Source of the DNA: Terriglobia bacterium
Lineage (GTDB): Bacteria > Acidobacteriota > Terriglobia > 2-12-FULL-54-10
Assembly (NCBI GenBank): GCA_963666975.2
Contig: CAXVYR010000003.1
Span: forward strand, 384,001 to 448,000
Direction of reading: 5' to 3'
DNA: 64,000 bases
A program made the translations under genes and the position numbers. The notes below the pieces were generated by a model that had not been told where the DNA came from, did no database searches, and saw nothing but the letters and a program-made list of their open reading frames with translations. This document shows, one piece after another, positions 47,831 to 59,058 of this stretch. Numbering within the stretch: the stretch's first letter is position 1; the number at the start of each line of letters is the position of its first letter.

Positions 47831-49240
47831 CTAACTGGAGGGCCTGTGCGAGGCGGCGGCGGAGTCCGCCAGCGTCGCGACCATATTAATCAGATCATAC
47901 TTCGTCAGAATCTCGAACTGGTTGTCTCCCATATCCACAAGGACGGCGGGACTTTCATTGGTCAAAAGGAACGTAACACGGTCGATGGGCGCCTGAGGAT
48001 CGAGCACGGGCAGGGGATCCTTCATGCACTCCCGCAGGACCAACCCGTCCAAGTCCACGCCTCGCAGCGCCAGGTTCAGAATATCATCTTCGCGGACCGT
48101 TCCAATCGAGACGTGATCCTCGAACACGGGCAGTTGCGAGATTTCCTTGTCCTGCATCAGACGCAATGCCTGATGGGCCGTTTCTCCCACCTTGGCGTAG
48201 ATCAGGCGGCTGCCGGGATGGTGCTGTTGCTTGAGCCGCACGACCTCTCCGGCCGTGACGCTCAACTGAGCTTCCCAATACTGATGGCGGCTCATCCATG
48301 CGTCGTTGTAAACTTTGCTCAAGTAACGGTCTCCCCCGTCGGGAATAAACGCGATCAGCATGTCATTTGCCGTCAGCTCCCGCGCCACTCGCAGAGCCAC
48401 CGAGATGGCGCCGCCCGAGGAGCCGCCCGCGAATATCCCTTCCATGCGGGCCAGCTTGCGAGCCCAGACGAAGCACTCCTGGTCTGTAACTTGGTAGATG
48501 TCATCCAGGACTGTAAAATCCATGGTCGTGGGAAAAAAGTCTTCTCCAATGCCCTCCACTACATAAGGCTCGGCTTTGCCCACCGTCCCCTTCTTGACGT
48601 ATTCGTAGTAAAGCGAGCCGACCGGATCGACTCCGATCACTTGGATGGCTGGATTCTGCTGTTTCAAATAGCTCCCCACACCGCTGATCGTCCCTCCGGT
48701 ACCCATGGTTGCGATGAAATGGGTTACTTTCCCCTCGGAATCCTCCCATATCTCCGGTCCGGTCGTTTCCACGTGAGCCTGGGGATTCTGCGGGTTGCCG
48801 TATTGGTTGGGATAGTACGAGTTGGGGATTTCCCGGAATAATTTCTTAGCTACGGAGTAGTAACTCCGAGAGTCTTCCGGTTCGACCGCAGTGGGACAGA
48901 CGATCACTTCGGCTCCCAAGGCGCGGAGCACGTCCATCTTCTCCTGCGATTGTTTGTCGTTTATGGTGAAGATGACTTTGTAGCCTTTGACCGCAGCCAC
49001 CAGTGCCAGGCCCATTCCCGTATTGCCGGATGTCGCCTCAATAATGGTTCCGCCCGGTTTCAACAACCCGCGGCGTTCGGCGTCTGCGATCATCTGGACG
49101 GCGATCCGGTCCTTCACGCTTCCGCCGGGGTTCAGGTTGTCGGCCTTTACGTAAACGGAAGCCGAGATGCCTTTTGTGATTTTGTTCAGCCGGATGAGAG
49201 GCGTTCTGCCGATCGCTTGCAGAATATTGTCACACTTCAT
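47831..49240 (-). CDS. cbs: Cystathionine beta-synthase with C-terminal CBS domains
   Basis: NPGGSVKDR, EATSGNTG, GTGGT, VEGIGED, PDGGDRYLSK, tandem CBS domains. Confidence 0.9.
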   Translation of the reverse strand: MKCDNILQAIGRTPLIRLNKITKGISASVYVKADNLNPGGSVKDRIAVQMIADAERRGLLKPGGTIIEATSGNTGMGLALVAAVKGYKVIFTINDKQSQEKMDVLRALGAEVIVCPTAVEPEDSRSYYSVAKKLFREIPNSYYPNQYGNPQNPQAHVETTGPEIWEDSEGKVTHFIATMGTGGTISGVGSYLKQQNPAIQVIGVDPVGSLYYEYVKKGTVGKAEPYVVEGIGEDFFPTTMDFTVLDDIYQVTDQECFVWARKLARMEGIFAGGSSGGAISVALRVARELTANDMLIAFIPDGGDRYLSKVYNDAWMSRHQYWEAQLSVTAGEVVRLKQQHHPGSRLIYAKVGETAHQALRLMQDKEISQLPVFEDHVSIGTVREDDILNLALRGVDLDGLVLRECMKDPLPVLDPQAPIDRVTFLLTNESPAVLVDMGDNQFEILTKYDLINMVATLADSAAASHRPSS

Positions 49241-49338
49241 GGTTGCAGGCTCCTAGGGTTGCGTGCTCCTTACGGCCAGCGGACAATTGTACTACTGTTG
49301 AGAGAAAACCGCGCCCAGGCACAGCCCAATCCGCAAGC

Positions 49339-51546
49339 TCAGGCCGTCTCCGATTTAGAACGCGCTTGGGATTGGATTTCTCCCAGTAGCACATTCATGC
49401 GCGGCAGCAGGTGAAGAAGTCTTCCAAAGCGGGTTTCCAGGTAAAGCCGTGTGAAGTCGCAAACCAGGGGGGCCGCCGGTCCCGCTACAGAAGCAGCAAA
49501 TTCATTGGGAGTCTGGGCCGGAGCTTTTCGCTGTCCCCTGCGATCCAGGATACGGAGCAAGCGCAGGTAGGCAAGCGTGGCATCCTCCGGGCGCGACTTG
49601 CCTCGCTGGGATCGCCAGAGCATCCTCCGCTCCCGCACCCATCGCGACAGCTCTGCTCTCCTGTGGATGGCCAGCACTCCGAGCGTTCCCAGTCCGCACA
49701 GGAGCAGGATCATCCCTCCGTGCGGGAGGGAGCGTTCCGTGGCCTGCCGGACCCATCCCACCAGAGAGCGGTAGCGTTCGCGGAGGTAAGAGCGGGTGTC
49801 GGTAGTTGCCTGACGGGTGGTGCGCGCCATTTGCTGCGCCAGGGGCACTTGATGGTTCCAGAAATCGTAGTTGATGATCCATTCTTCCCAGAAGGTTTGG
49901 AAGGCGTCCAGATAGAAACCAAGCCGTCCGAGCCACAGCGTGCGGGTGGACCGGCCTTCGGGCGGGGTTGGATCGAAGCTCACCCAGCCGTAACTCGGAA
50001 AATAGACTTCGACCCAGGTATGGGCGTCGCTGGCCCGGACCGTGTATTTTCCGGAGACGTCGTTGAATCCACCCTGCAAGAATCCGTTCACCAGGCGGGC
50101 TGGAATCTCCAGAGTTCGGAGCATAACGGCCATGGAGGAGGCAAAGAACTCGCAATGTCCCCGGCGGGCCTCAAACAGGAAATAGGCCATCGGGTCCGCT
50201 GGCATTGCTGCAGGAAGGTCCAGCGTGTAACCGTAGTTTTCCTGCAGATAGCTCTCGATTGCCTTCGCCTTGTCATACACGGAAGGCTCCGCCTGTGTGA
50301 CCTCGCGGGCCATCTCTACTATCCGCGGGTCGGTGGGAGGCAATTGCAGATAGACTTCGCGCACGGAAGCAGGGAAGTCAAAGGAATCCGTGCGCAGCAA
50401 ATCAGGATGCGGTGTGGCAATGTCGGAGACGGCGTCGTAGCGCACCAGGTCGCGGCGGCGATAGCGCGCAAAGACGGAATCGGATTCATCCCGCCAAACT
50501 CTCCGAAAGGGGCCATCCAGCGAAAGCGGTTCAGCGGCCAGGAAAACGGCATCACTCGCAAGAGGTTGCAGGATCACTGTATAGGACAATTGCGCTGGAC
50601 GCTGGCCGGGGTAGGCAACCGGCTGCTCAAAACGGTAGGAGTAATCGCTCTGCGAGCGATACTTCCTTCGGCCGGAAATAAAGTCGGCGGCAACATTGCG
50701 ATTGGACCAGCGCCTGCCGTCAAAGGTGCTCAGGCCGACGCCGCGCCATTTGACGGCGTCGAACGGGGAAAGCCCCGGCGCTTCAATGTGCATCACGACG
50801 GAGGTGAGGCGTTTGATCTGTCCGATCTCTCCCAGTTCCACGTTATTGGAAAACCCTGAGATGAAATCGGTGCGGCGCGCCAGAGAACCGAGATACCCCC
50901 CGCTCCACCGGGGAATGACGAAAAACAAGATGGCCGACAGCACCACCGTTCCGCAGCAAATGACGAGCGAGGTGCTGCCGAGTGACGATACAAATAGGGC
51001 TCCCGGCTGGGCCTGCGCGGCGGAGGCGCCTGCACTGGCGGCGCGGTCGCGGGCACGCTTGATTTCAAAGCTCGTGAAGGTGGAGATAGCCAGCAGGAGA
51101 AATACCCCAAAGAAGAACAGAAACGATGTCTGGACGGTCAGGGTGGCGGCGGCCAGCATCTGCGCAAACGCCAGCACGGCCAGGTAAACATAATCCCTGG
51201 GGAGGCTCGCGGAGAACATCTTGATGACAGCGGCGAAGAAGATGAGGTGTATCGTGGCCAGGAGCAAACGCTCCAGAATGCTGTCGATCGCGCTCAGCAG
51301 GAACCAGAAATCAAAAAAATAGAACGGAATGTAGACCGCGGTAATTCGGGAGACAAACTGCGGCGACAGCCGGAAGCTGCTTTGCCGCCAAAGCAGGACA
51401 GCTCGGAGGGCAAGGGCCGCCCCCATCATGGAGACAGTGAAAAAGTCCATTTTCCCCGTGCCGGAGAGCGTCAAAAAGCCCACGGCCAGCAGGAAAAATA
51501 GCGAAAGCTCAAAATAGCGATCAATCGGGTCCTGGACAGAAGACAT
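49339..51546 (-). CDS. TgpA-like membrane transglutaminase-domain protein (DUF3488/DUF4129)
   Basis: Multi-TM N-terminus; GHCEFFAS, AHTWVEVY, WVSFDPTP catalytic triad motifs. Confidence 0.9.
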   Translation of the reverse strand: MSSVQDPIDRYFELSLFFLLAVGFLTLSGTGKMDFFTVSMMGAALALRAVLLWRQSSFRLSPQFVSRITAVYIPFYFFDFWFLLSAIDSILERLLLATIHLIFFAAVIKMFSASLPRDYVYLAVLAFAQMLAAATLTVQTSFLFFFGVFLLLAISTFTSFEIKRARDRAASAGASAAQAQPGALFVSSLGSTSLVICCGTVVLSAILFFVIPRWSGGYLGSLARRTDFISGFSNNVELGEIGQIKRLTSVVMHIEAPGLSPFDAVKWRGVGLSTFDGRRWSNRNVAADFISGRRKYRSQSDYSYRFEQPVAYPGQRPAQLSYTVILQPLASDAVFLAAEPLSLDGPFRRVWRDESDSVFARYRRRDLVRYDAVSDIATPHPDLLRTDSFDFPASVREVYLQLPPTDPRIVEMAREVTQAEPSVYDKAKAIESYLQENYGYTLDLPAAMPADPMAYFLFEARRGHCEFFASSMAVMLRTLEIPARLVNGFLQGGFNDVSGKYTVRASDAHTWVEVYFPSYGWVSFDPTPPEGRSTRTLWLGRLGFYLDAFQTFWEEWIINYDFWNHQVPLAQQMARTTRQATTDTRSYLRERYRSLVGWVRQATERSLPHGGMILLLCGLGTLGVLAIHRRAELSRWVRERRMLWRSQRGKSRPEDATLAYLRLLRILDRRGQRKAPAQTPNEFAASVAGPAAPLVCDFTRLYLETRFGRLLHLLPRMNVLLGEIQSQARSKSETA

Positions 51547-51695
51547 TCGGGTGCCGCAGTTTGTTTGAGTTTACTCGCCAGGGAAATGCGACTTGCGCAC
51601 AAGTTTCATTGTATCCCTGGGCACTCCTGGAGAGAATCGAAAAACGATGGAACGAATAGCAATGGCGTGCTACAGCGCAACCGGAGGCGTGGAGG

Positions 51696-51947
51696 CTAAT
51701 TCGCGCTCAGCTTCTGCTCCAGTTGCGCGAAGACCTCCGCCCGCAAGGAACTGTCGGGGTTGCTGACAAAAGTAACCCAGTGGAATTTCAGGATCAGAGG
51801 CCGTTCGACAAGCTGGGCCACTACCCCCAGGAATTGGCGGCTGGAGTCCACAAACACCCCCACAAATTGGAGTTCGGGGTTGTACTCCTTCAGGATGGGT
51901 TCAAGACGCTGGCGGATACGGGCTTTTCGTTCAGCACCCAGCAGCAT
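51696..51947 (-). CDS. Hypothetical protein (83 aa)
   Basis: GAGGTG SD, typical codon usage, no motif recognised. Confidence 0.6.
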   Translation of the reverse strand: MLLGAERKARIRQRLEPILKEYNPELQFVGVFVDSSRQFLGVVAQLVERPLILKFHWVTFVSNPDSSLRAEVFAQLEQKLSAN

Positions 51948-52200
51948 AGATCACCTCATTCAGCGTCCGTCTTCCCTCCAGCCGTAGGGAGGAAATTCAA
52001 TCCGGCGCAAGCTGGCCACTCTGCAAACGCGCCCGGTGAAGGGGCATTCTATCACGAACCATTATAAGCATAACCTCTGGTATCCGCAGCACTCAGGCTG
52101 TATATACTTGCATTGCATTTCTGTTACTCTGCGGTTACAGTAAGGCAGGCAGAGCAAGTGATGCGTCCCCATAAATGCGTTCTGGAAAAGTTGAATTGGC

Positions 52201-52902
52201 ATGATTCCTCTCCGGGATAACAATCCACGCCAAACCATGCCGATGGTTACCATCGCGCTCATTGTCGCCAACAGCCTGGTATTTTTGCGGGAATTGACTC
52301 TCGATGAGGCGAGCACAAGCCTGATGATTGGCAATCTTGGGCTGATTCCCTCCCGCACGGTGGCTTTTTTTTCGGGGGGGCCGGTGACGGTCTCGCAGGC
52401 GCTGGCTCCGTTTCTTACCTCCATGTTCCTGCATGGCGGTTGGATGCATCTGATCGGCAACATGTGGTTTCTCTGGATTTTCGGGGATAACGTCGAAGAT
52501 CGCGTCGGGCATATGCGCTTTGTGTTGCTTTATCTATGTTGCGGATTCGCGGGCTCACTGGCTCACATGCTTTCCAGCCCTGCATCCAGCGTCCCGACCG
52601 TGGGCGCCAGCGGAGCCATTGCCGGAGTGCTGGGCGCTTACCTCATCACCTATCCTCGCGCGAAGGTGCTGACCCTGATACCCATCTTCTTCTTTATTAC
52701 CACGGTAGAGATTCCCGCCTTCCTGTTTCTTTTCGGCTGGTTCGCGTACCAGTTTTTTTTCGGAGTAGTCTCGCTGGGGCCGGAGGGCCAAATGGGGGGC
52801 GGGGTAGCATGGTTTGCGCACATCGGCGGCTTTCTGGCGGGCGTCCCTTTGATGCTTTGGGCGCGCAGTGGCCGTCCTGCACGCGCTTCCACAGGAGCAT
52901 AG
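52201..52902 (+). CDS. Rhomboid intramembrane serine protease
   Basis: HGGWMHLIGNM, GASG, AHIGGF. Confidence 0.95.
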   Translation: MIPLRDNNPRQTMPMVTIALIVANSLVFLRELTLDEASTSLMIGNLGLIPSRTVAFFSGGPVTVSQALAPFLTSMFLHGGWMHLIGNMWFLWIFGDNVEDRVGHMRFVLLYLCCGFAGSLAHMLSSPASSVPTVGASGAIAGVLGAYLITYPRAKVLTLIPIFFFITTVEIPAFLFLFGWFAYQFFFGVVSLGPEGQMGGGVAWFAHIGGFLAGVPLMLWARSGRPARASTGA

Positions 52903-53162
52903 TGGACCCCGCTGCCGCAGAAGTTTTGTTGTACACGCGCTCTCAATGCTGCCTCTGCGACCAAGCCAAGCAACAACTGCGCGAGTTGCAAGAACAAGCT
53001 CGCTTTCAGTACCAGGAAGTCGATATCGACCAGGATACGGAACTGCGGCAACGCTACAACGAGGAAGTGCCCGTCGTCTTTATCCACGGGAAAAAAGCGT
53101 TCAAATACCGAATCGATCCCCGCCAGTTTCTCAAGCGCTTGCAGGCCGGACGGCAGTCTTGA
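52902..53162 (+). CDS. Glutaredoxin-like protein (DUF836)
   Basis: YTRSQCCLCD, EVDID, VPVVFIHG; GTG overlaps the rhomboid stop. Confidence 0.85.
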   Translation: MDPAAAEVLLYTRSQCCLCDQAKQQLRELQEQARFQYQEVDIDQDTELRQRYNEEVPVVFIHGKKAFKYRIDPRQFLKRLQAGRQS

Positions 53163-53215
53163 AATTCGCCTATTGACGAGATTGCCCAAGGTCGGCAAGA
53201 ATTGCTGGCAAATTC

Positions 53216-55224
53216 ATGACAGAACTTATTTGGGATGGGAAGTATCGGGAGACGCCGCAGGGAAAGCAGAAAGTCGCGCCGGTGCGGATTGCGTTGCCGT
53301 TTCAGACCATTGAAACGGTTAATGAGAGCGCACAGGACCGGCAGAGGTCGCTGGAACTATTTGCCACGGGCCGGGAGACCGAGTGGCGCAACCGGCTCAT
53401 CTGGGGCGACAAGAAATACGTCCTGCCCAGCTTGCTCCCGGAGTTTGCCGGGAAAGTAAACCTAATCTACATTGACCCCCCTTTGATACCGGAGCGGACT
53501 TTTCATTCACCGCAACGGTTCCAGACCTCCCGGAAACTACTGATGACGAAACCACTCCTTTTGTGAAAGAAGCTTCCATCCTGGAGCAAAAAGCGTATCG
53601 GGACACTTGGGGGCGGGGTCTTGATTCTTACTTGGAATGGTTTTATGAAACGGCAGTTTTGTTGCGAGAAATGTTGGCCGAGAGTGGGAGTATTTACGTG
53701 CACCTCGATTGGCACGTCGGACATTACGCGAAGACGATCCTGGATGAGGTCTTCGGGAGCGAACAATTCCGAAATGAAATAATCTGGCAGCGATTCAATT
53801 TCCACGCTGATGCACAGCGTTTCGGTATCGTCCATGAAACAATTTACTTCTATTCAAAGACCGAGAATTACGTATTTAACAAACAGACTATTTCCTTCAA
53901 AGACGCCTACATCAAAAGCCACTTTACGGGACGCGACCCTGATGACCGGATTTATCGGTTAGATAACGTCACTGCACCTGCACACGGAAAGTCGGGTAAG
54001 CCTCTTAAGTTCGCGGGAAAGCTTTTGTCACCACCACCCGGTTCGATGTGGCGATTCAAGCAAGAAAATATCGACAGAATGTTAGAGGAGGGGCGTATTG
54101 TGTTCACGAAGACGGGGATGCCCGCCGTGAAACGCTACCTTGATGAGTTGGAGGGAAGCACAGTTCACACCCTCTGGACCGACATTAAGCCCGTTAACTC
54201 TCAGTCGTTCGAACGTCTCAATTACAACACCCAAAAGCCGGAAGCCTTGCTTGAACGAATTTTAAGAGCCTCTTCTAATCAAAAGGACCTCGTTCTCGAC
54301 TGTTTTATCGGGAGCGGCACAACGGTGGCGGTTGCTGAAAAATTGAACCGCCGCTGGATTGCTTGTGACTTAGGCCGGTTCGCAATCCACACTACACGCA
54401 AGCGGCTGCTAGGCATCCCTAACGTGAAACCGTTTGTCGTCCAGAATCTCGGAAAATACGAGCGGCAGACGTGGCAGGTAGCTGAATTTCCGGCAAATGG
54501 CAAAGACCGGATCGAAGAGCAACGAGAACGCGATTCTGCCTACCGCAAGTTCATCTTGGACCTCTACCACGCCACACCGATCACGGGCAAAACTTGGTTA
54601 CACGGCACCAAGGCCGGGCGGATGGTGCATGTGGGGGCGGTAGATGCTCCCGTCACATTGGCCGACGTAAAGGCAATTGCTGCCGAAGTCTGGAAAGCCG
54701 TAGGCACCGGCAAAGACTCGCCGAGCAAGGCTGCCGTGGACATCCTGGGCTGGGAGTTTGCTTTCGAGGTAAACGAACCCGGCAAGCAATTGGCTGCCGA
54801 ATCCCGCGTGGCGGTAGCTTTCAAGAAAATCCCGCGTGAGGTCCTGGAAAAGAAAGCCGTGGAGCAAGGCGACGTTCAATTCTTCGAGTTGGGCGCGCTC
54901 ACCGTGGACGTAAAGCGATCTGGCCGGACCGTCAAACTCAAGCTCAAGGATTTTGTAATTCCTCTGGATGACGTGCCGGAAGAGGCGCGAAAGGCCATCA
55001 AGCATTGGAGCCAGATGATTGACTATTGGGCTGTGGACTGGGATTACAAGGAGGACACCTTCCACAACCAGTGGCAGAGCTACCGCACGCGAAAAGAACC
55101 CAACCGCCTGGAACTGGAAGCCTCTTACACTTACCCGGAACCGGGCAAGTATATGGTAGTAGTGAAGGTGATTGATCTGTTAGGAAACGACACGACAAAA
55201 ACGCTGGAAGTCGCAGTTCGATAA
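53216..55224 (+). pseudogene. mod: Type III R-M methyltransferase Mod, frameshifted in the DPPF motif
   Basis: NRLIWGD, LIYIDPP, TQKPEALL, DCFIGSGTT; one added base at C6-T3 (53476-53484) restores DPPFDTGADF and joins the ORFs. Confidence 0.88.
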
Positions 55225-55227
55225 AAC

Positions 55228-57807
55228 ATGCCCCGCAGAAGAAAACAAGCGGATTCACCCGCCCAAACCGAACTTTTGGACGTAACGTCCCGTTTGCGGA
55301 CCGGGCCTTGTGTCCCTGCCTTGCGGGAAGCCGTGAAAGCATGGCAGGCAGGCGGCTACAAGGGGACTACGGACACAACGCGAGAGCTTTTGAATTATTG
55401 GTTCCGCACAGACCATCGTTTGCCGAGCGGGACGGTGTTCAAATATCACAAATCCCAGCAGGAAGCTATTGAAACCCTGATATTCGTCTGGGAATTTGAA
55501 AAGGTCCGAACCCGCAAAGGGTTGCTCGAACGCTATGCCCAAAGCCTGAAGGGTGTGCGTTTGCCGCCTTATGATGAATTCTCCCGCTATTGCATAAAGA
55601 TGGCAACGGGCAGCGGTAAGACCAAGGTAATGGCCCTGGCTGTGGCGTGGCAATTCTTGAATGCCCAGCGGGAGCCAGAGGAAATCTCCAAAGATTACGC
55701 CAAGACAATTTTGCTCATAGCCCCCAATGTGATTGTTTTCGAGCGACTGAAGTCAGATTTTGACGGGGGGCACATTTTTCGCGCCGATCCTGTAATTCCC
55801 AAACATTTGGAAATCTTTTGGGATTTTGATTGCGTATTGCGCGGAGCGGGCGAAAGAGCGCATGCCGAAGGCACCTTGTTTCTCACGAACATTCAGCAAT
55901 TGTATGACCGCCCGGACCGCTCCGCGGACGGAGAGCCGGAAGAGATGACGGCGGTTTTGGGATCAAAGCCGCCTGCCAAAAAGCTACAGCTCACCGATTT
56001 TACTGACCGGATCGCGCTCCGTGCCGGACACTTGATGGTTATTAACGACGAAGCGCACCATACACACGACGAAAAAAACGAATGGAACAAGGTGATCCGT
56101 GACCTTCACCAGCAAACGGCGCTCTGCGCCCAACTGGATTTCTCGGCGACTCCCCGGTATCAGAAAGGCGCAATCTTTCCCTGGACGATTTTCGACTACC
56201 CACTCAAGCAGGCAATAGTTGACGGCATCGTAAAGCGCCCCGTAAAGGGTATTGCCAGAATCAATGAGGCCAAGTCCACTATCGCAAGTGTGAGATACCG
56301 CCCCTATCTTGCGGCTGCCGTAGAACGATGGCGAGAATACCGAAAACAAATGGCGGCATTGAAAAAGAATCCCATCCTGTTTCTTATGCTGAACAGCACA
56401 GACGAGGCAGAGGACGTGGGGGCTTGGTTGAGGGAAACATATCCGGAAGATTTTGGGGGCGAAAAAACGCAAATCATCCATACCGATAAGTCGGGCGAGG
56501 TTAGCAAAAAGGATTTAGATAAGGCACGCGATGCGGTGCGGAAGGTGGACCAACAAGCAAGCACTATCAATGCCATCGTCAGCGTCCTAATGCTGCGAGA
56601 AGGCTGGGACGTGCAAAACGTGACCGTAGTAGTGGGGTTGCGCCCTTACACGGCCAAGGCGAACATATTGCCGGAACAGACCATAGGCAGGGGCCTACGC
56701 CTCATGTTTCGGGACATGATGGTGGGATATACCGAACGAGTGGACATCATCGGCAATCAGGCGTTCTTGAATTTTGTTGAGGACCTGGAAAAGCTGGAAG
56801 ACTTGAAGCTGGACACCTTTGAACTGGGCAAGGAGAAGCTTCAAATTGTTACAGTCATGCCGCTCGAAGAGCGGAAGGAATTCGACATTGGGCTTCCCCT
56901 GCTGTCCCCGACGCTTGTCAGGAAAAAGAGCCTTGCAGAAGAAATCGCTGAATTGAACGTAATGGCCTTCTCTACTATTGTCTTGCCATTTACGGAGAAA
57001 GACCGGGCGGCTAACACATTCCGGTATGAGGGTTACGATCTCATCACCCTGGAAAAGTTGATTGAACGCGAATATCAGGTGCCGGAACCCCAGACAGCCC
57101 AAGAAATAATTGGCTATTACGCCCGGCGAATTGCCGAAGCAGTTAAGCTGCCCTCACAGTTTGCTGTGTTGGCTCCTAAAGTCAGGGAATTCTTCGAGCA
57201 CAAGGCATTCGGTCGGCTAGTGGATTTAGAGGACCCTTTAACGATCAAGGCAATGAGCACCCCTGTTGCCCACTACGTTTGTGTGGACGTGTTTTCCAAG
57301 GCATTGCGGGAGGTGAGCATAGCAGAACAAGAGCCGCAATTGCTGGAACCGGCCCGGATGCTTTCCACCACTCAGCCTTTCCCGTGGTCACGGCCAGTGT
57401 GGGAGGGCCGACGTTGCATATTTAACCTAGTGGCGTGCGACAACGATTTTGAGCGGGAGTTTGCAAAATTCCTGGATGGTGCGCCCGATGTAAAGGCTTT
57501 CTCCAAGTTGCCTCAGACCTTTGGATTTGCCATTGAGTACACGGACGGGGCAGCGAATCTCCGAGCCTACTATCCCGATTTCGTGGCGGAGGCAGAGGAC
57601 GGCACCCATTGGATTTTAGAAACCAAAGGGCAGGAGAGCGCGGAGGTATTGCATAAAGACCGGGCTGCCAGCCAGTGGTGCGAAAACGCAACTGCCCTAA
57701 CGAAAACGACCTGGAAATACTTGAAGGTGCCCCAGAAAGAATTCGCGGGTTTGCAGCCGGGCTCGCTGGAGGATCTCAAGGTGTTTCAGAGCCCTCTGGC
57801 GGAATGA
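55228..57807 (+). CDS. res: Type III restriction endonuclease Res subunit
   Basis: MATGSGKT, DEAH, SATP, LREGWD, QTIGRGLR, C-terminal YYPDF...LETKG nuclease motif. Confidence 0.92.
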   Translation: MPRRRKQADSPAQTELLDVTSRLRTGPCVPALREAVKAWQAGGYKGTTDTTRELLNYWFRTDHRLPSGTVFKYHKSQQEAIETLIFVWEFEKVRTRKGLLERYAQSLKGVRLPPYDEFSRYCIKMATGSGKTKVMALAVAWQFLNAQREPEEISKDYAKTILLIAPNVIVFERLKSDFDGGHIFRADPVIPKHLEIFWDFDCVLRGAGERAHAEGTLFLTNIQQLYDRPDRSADGEPEEMTAVLGSKPPAKKLQLTDFTDRIALRAGHLMVINDEAHHTHDEKNEWNKVIRDLHQQTALCAQLDFSATPRYQKGAIFPWTIFDYPLKQAIVDGIVKRPVKGIARINEAKSTIASVRYRPYLAAAVERWREYRKQMAALKKNPILFLMLNSTDEAEDVGAWLRETYPEDFGGEKTQIIHTDKSGEVSKKDLDKARDAVRKVDQQASTINAIVSVLMLREGWDVQNVTVVVGLRPYTAKANILPEQTIGRGLRLMFRDMMVGYTERVDIIGNQAFLNFVEDLEKLEDLKLDTFELGKEKLQIVTVMPLEERKEFDIGLPLLSPTLVRKKSLAEEIAELNVMAFSTIVLPFTEKDRAANTFRYEGYDLITLEKLIEREYQVPEPQTAQEIIGYYARRIAEAVKLPSQFAVLAPKVREFFEHKAFGRLVDLEDPLTIKAMSTPVAHYVCVDVFSKALREVSIAEQEPQLLEPARMLSTTQPFPWSRPVWEGRRCIFNLVACDNDFEREFAKFLDGAPDVKAFSKLPQTFGFAIEYTDGAANLRAYYPDFVAEAEDGTHWILETKGQESAEVLHKDRAASQWCENATALTKTTWKYLKVPQKEFAGLQPGSLEDLKVFQSPLAE

Positions 57808-57835
57808 AGGTGCGGGACTGGTCGTATTCCCGGAC

Positions 57836-58480
57836 TTAACCGGCAGGCGTGTTTTCGTCCTCTTCCCGGGCCCGATGCTTCCAGTGCAGCCAAAGATAGG
57901 CTGCTATTCCCATTAGCAGCAGCACTCCGATGAGATAATCGAACCGGTGGAAGTACACACGCAGCGTCGGCCAGTGTTCGCCCATCTTGTAGCCTGCATA
58001 GGCAAGTCCCAGGCACCAGGGGAAGGATCCCAGGAAGGTATATATGTTGAATTTCCAGAAGTTCATTCGGACTATGCCGGCCGGCAGCGCGATGAACGTC
58101 CGGATCACCGGCAGCAGGCGGCTGAAGAAGACCGTCCATTCGCCGTATTTTTCAAACCACCGGTCGGCCCACTCAATCTCCCGGCGGGAGATCAGAAAGT
58201 ATTTCCCATAGCGAAGTAGCAGGGGACGGCCTCCGCGCGCTCCCGCATAGTAGGCGACAATAGAGCCGACGTTGCATCCCAGCGCTCCCATTGTGGCTAC
58301 CCACCAGAGATTGAAGCGCCCGGTCGAAACCAAATAGCCGGAAAAGGGAAGGATCACCTCGGAGGGCAGGGGAATGCAGGCGCTCTCAATGGCCATCAGC
58401 AACACGATTCCGGGGTAGCCCATGGCGGAAATCACGGAAATGATAAAGGAACTGAGGAGGGTGAGAATCGATGCAATCAT
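57836..58480 (-). CDS. DedA-family membrane protein
   Basis: ESACIPLPSE, FSRLLPVIRTFIALPAG. Confidence 0.95.
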   Translation of the reverse strand: MIASILTLLSSFIISVISAMGYPGIVLLMAIESACIPLPSEVILPFSGYLVSTGRFNLWWVATMGALGCNVGSIVAYYAGARGGRPLLLRYGKYFLISRREIEWADRWFEKYGEWTVFFSRLLPVIRTFIALPAGIVRMNFWKFNIYTFLGSFPWCLGLAYAGYKMGEHWPTLRVYFHRFDYLIGVLLLMGIAAYLWLHWKHRAREEDENTPAG

Positions 58481-58492
58481 AGAGGAGGGCAG

Positions 58493-58708
58493 CTAGAGGG
58501 TCTGCGCATCCTGCGTATTGGTAAACCCGGGCAGCAACCTGGCGTCGCCTGATTTTTGAACTTTAATCCGCAACCGCTCCTCCCCGCCGATTTTTAGCAG
58601 GACTGCATAGGTGGCAAAAACTTCGCTATAAATCTTTGTGATTAGGTAGGTTTCATCGGTGCCGTCTTTTTTCCATACCTGCCCTAGCAAGATTTTTTGT
58701 GAAGCCAA
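58493..58708 (-). CDS. Small hypothetical protein (71 aa)
   Basis: TTG start after GGGAGGG; LGQVWKK...YLITKIYSE...LPGFT; co-oriented with dedA. Confidence 0.6.
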   Translation of the reverse strand: MASQKILLGQVWKKDGTDETYLITKIYSEVFATYAVLLKIGGEERLRIKVQKSGDARLLPGFTNTQDAQTL

Positions 58709-59058
58709 TATTCCCTCCCGGCAGTCTGGATAACTTTTTCCATCGGCTACTTTACTACAGTTGAGCAGCAAATGCACACGCTCCCGGGTAGTCCTCCTGG
58801 TTTTCTTCTGACACACAAAAATCTCTCGAGCGAGATTATTGGGCATCCAAATCCCCGCTGACCGCCTCTAATTTATAGGGCATGGCAAACGGGAAGCAGG
58901 CAAGTGGTGGGAATGCCTCCCTGGAGCGCAATTTTTTTGCAACTTCCTGAGCCCCAGTGAGTTTAATATATAGGGGAGCAATAACTCAGGTTTCCAGTTG
59001 CAGAAATTGGGGTTATAATAATCCCATTAGCCAGAAGTGCCGGGCGAGGAGTCGCGTG

